Shown piece by piece: positions 62,963 through 64,000 of a stretch of 64,000 bases of DNA. The notes below the pieces were generated by a model that searched no databases, was not told the DNA's origin, and saw only the letters and a program-made list of their open reading frames with translations. The DNA comes from Paramoeba atlantica. Its lineage: Eukaryota > Protista > Discosea. Location: assembly GCA_977017575.1 (NCBI GenBank), contig CDRNVI010000043.1, positions 496,001 through 560,000 on the forward strand, read 5' to 3'. Within the stretch, counting starts at the first letter, position 1. The number at the start of each line of letters is the position of its first letter. The position numbers and the translations under genes were made by a program.

Positions 62963-63478
62963 ACCCCCCCCAATGAAACGTGACCCACCCCTTTTTTTCG
63001 TACAAGTGTCCGTTTGAGCTGATTTTTGTTGCATTTTGCAGATCTCAACACAAAGACTTTGGGCGAGAAGGAATGAAACTAAAAGAAGCGAATAAGTATA
63101 ATTTAGAGAGAGATTACCATTTTGTCACTTTTTCGCCGTTCAACTTTATACACTGTTTAAGGCGAGAGTCAAAGCTTAAGACCGTTTTGTCGCTCACTTT
63201 TTGAGGCAAAGAAGACAATTCTTTACGTACACATCGGATAAGTGAAGGCTTGTCCGATGGGGTTTGTTCGTCCACTGCCTTTTGAACCATAGACCAGACG
63301 TTTTCTATGGGGGAAAAGTCTGGTGAATTGGGGGGGCAGTTTTTCAATACATCTTTCATTCTACTTGTAATGTAGTCCTTAGAGGCATGGGCGGTGTGCC
63401 GTGGCCCCATCCTGTTGAAAAATACAATTCATGGGGAAAGTTACCCTTTTGAGCGTCTCTATGGAACCCATGCAGTTT
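62963..63478 (-). mobile_element. 3' half of a Tc1-like element (family B)
   Basis: TIR TA|ACCCCCCCCAATGAAACGTGACCCACCC. IFQQDGATAH (frameshift) ...PPNSPDFSPIENVWSMVQK...RLKQCIKLNGE. Confidence 0.85.
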
Positions 63479-64000
63479 TGGCTCGCAGTGGCTGGCAGCG
63501 TTTGACAGCGTACGGCAGCATGTGGCAGCGTATGACATAATTTTGAAAAAAAAATGACATATACTAATTATTGGTCGGACTTTTATTTGAAAAATTAATA
63601 TTTCTACTAGATTCCTTTCGTTTACAAGAACAAAACATTTTATTGATCGTGTCAGAGGAGTACGTTCAGGTTGGAAGGGATAGATTTCCACTGCGTTACT
63701 GTGGGACATGCGATCAAAAAAACCCTTCACTCTATTGAGTCCGAAAGCATGTTTGTATTGCGCTACAAACTTCTCGTGGAGAAACCGGTGGAGAAACTTC
63801 CCGACGTGATTGCGGAAGTGGAATCGTGCCTTTCGTGTGGGTATGCGAACGTACCCGTGAGAGCTGTAATATGCCCCCAATGCCACAGGCGCAAGAACGC
63901 GGAACTATTGACTCACATGGATAAGGAAAAGCTTCGTTCTGCGGGACTGAATGTTGAAAGCGCGCAACGCGTGTGCTGCAAATACGCAAAATACATGTTG

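Noticed and set aside
63356-64000. ORFs at the window end as a transposase (IS4/piggyBac-like)
   Set aside because: Only a vague HVFCVFAAH resemblance, with in-frame stops and truncation by the window edge.

Overview
Eukaryotic, intron-less DNA, most likely from a kinetoplastid (euglenozoan) protist. The evidence is (i) about 27 housekeeping CDSs packed head-to-tail on the minus strand from 191 to 46571, as in a polycistronic unit, (ii) a mitochondrial HSP70 with the kinetoplastid-type C-terminus ([23 protein letters not shown]), (iii) a PSP1-C domain protein, and (iv) a spliced-leader-like sequence. Recognisable genes: KsgA/TFB1M-like methyltransferase, CstF-50, FHA+WWE protein, polyprenol reductase, IscA, RNASEK-like, glutaredoxin, UNC-93-like, YJU2, eIF3f, RMD1-like, PITH, eL22, MORN, PSP1, BRF1, MLH1, OPRT-like PRTase, UTP6, CDC50, eL30, mtHSP70 and a Rad6-like E2. 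From about 46.7 kb to the end is a nested transposon field: Tc1-like elements, an apparently intact pogo-like element, Merlin, hAT-like, non-LTR fragments and MITEs. Ends and MITEs of the same families also sit between the genes, so both halves probably come from one genome. The most striking unexplained signals are: (a) recurrent, symmetric GC-rich islands inside genes, where the + strand flips from C-rich to G-rich and rewrites codons and amino acids; (b) a solitary SL-RNA-like gene whose stem-loop I differs from the canonical one only by wobble-to-Watson-Crick changes, plus an SL-like relic upstream of an isolated E2 gene; (c) a diverse cut-and-paste transposon set, including a potentially active pogo and a Tc1 family with DD32E spacing, in a lineage where DNA transposons are considered rare. 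All assignments are by eye from motifs; no database searches were run.
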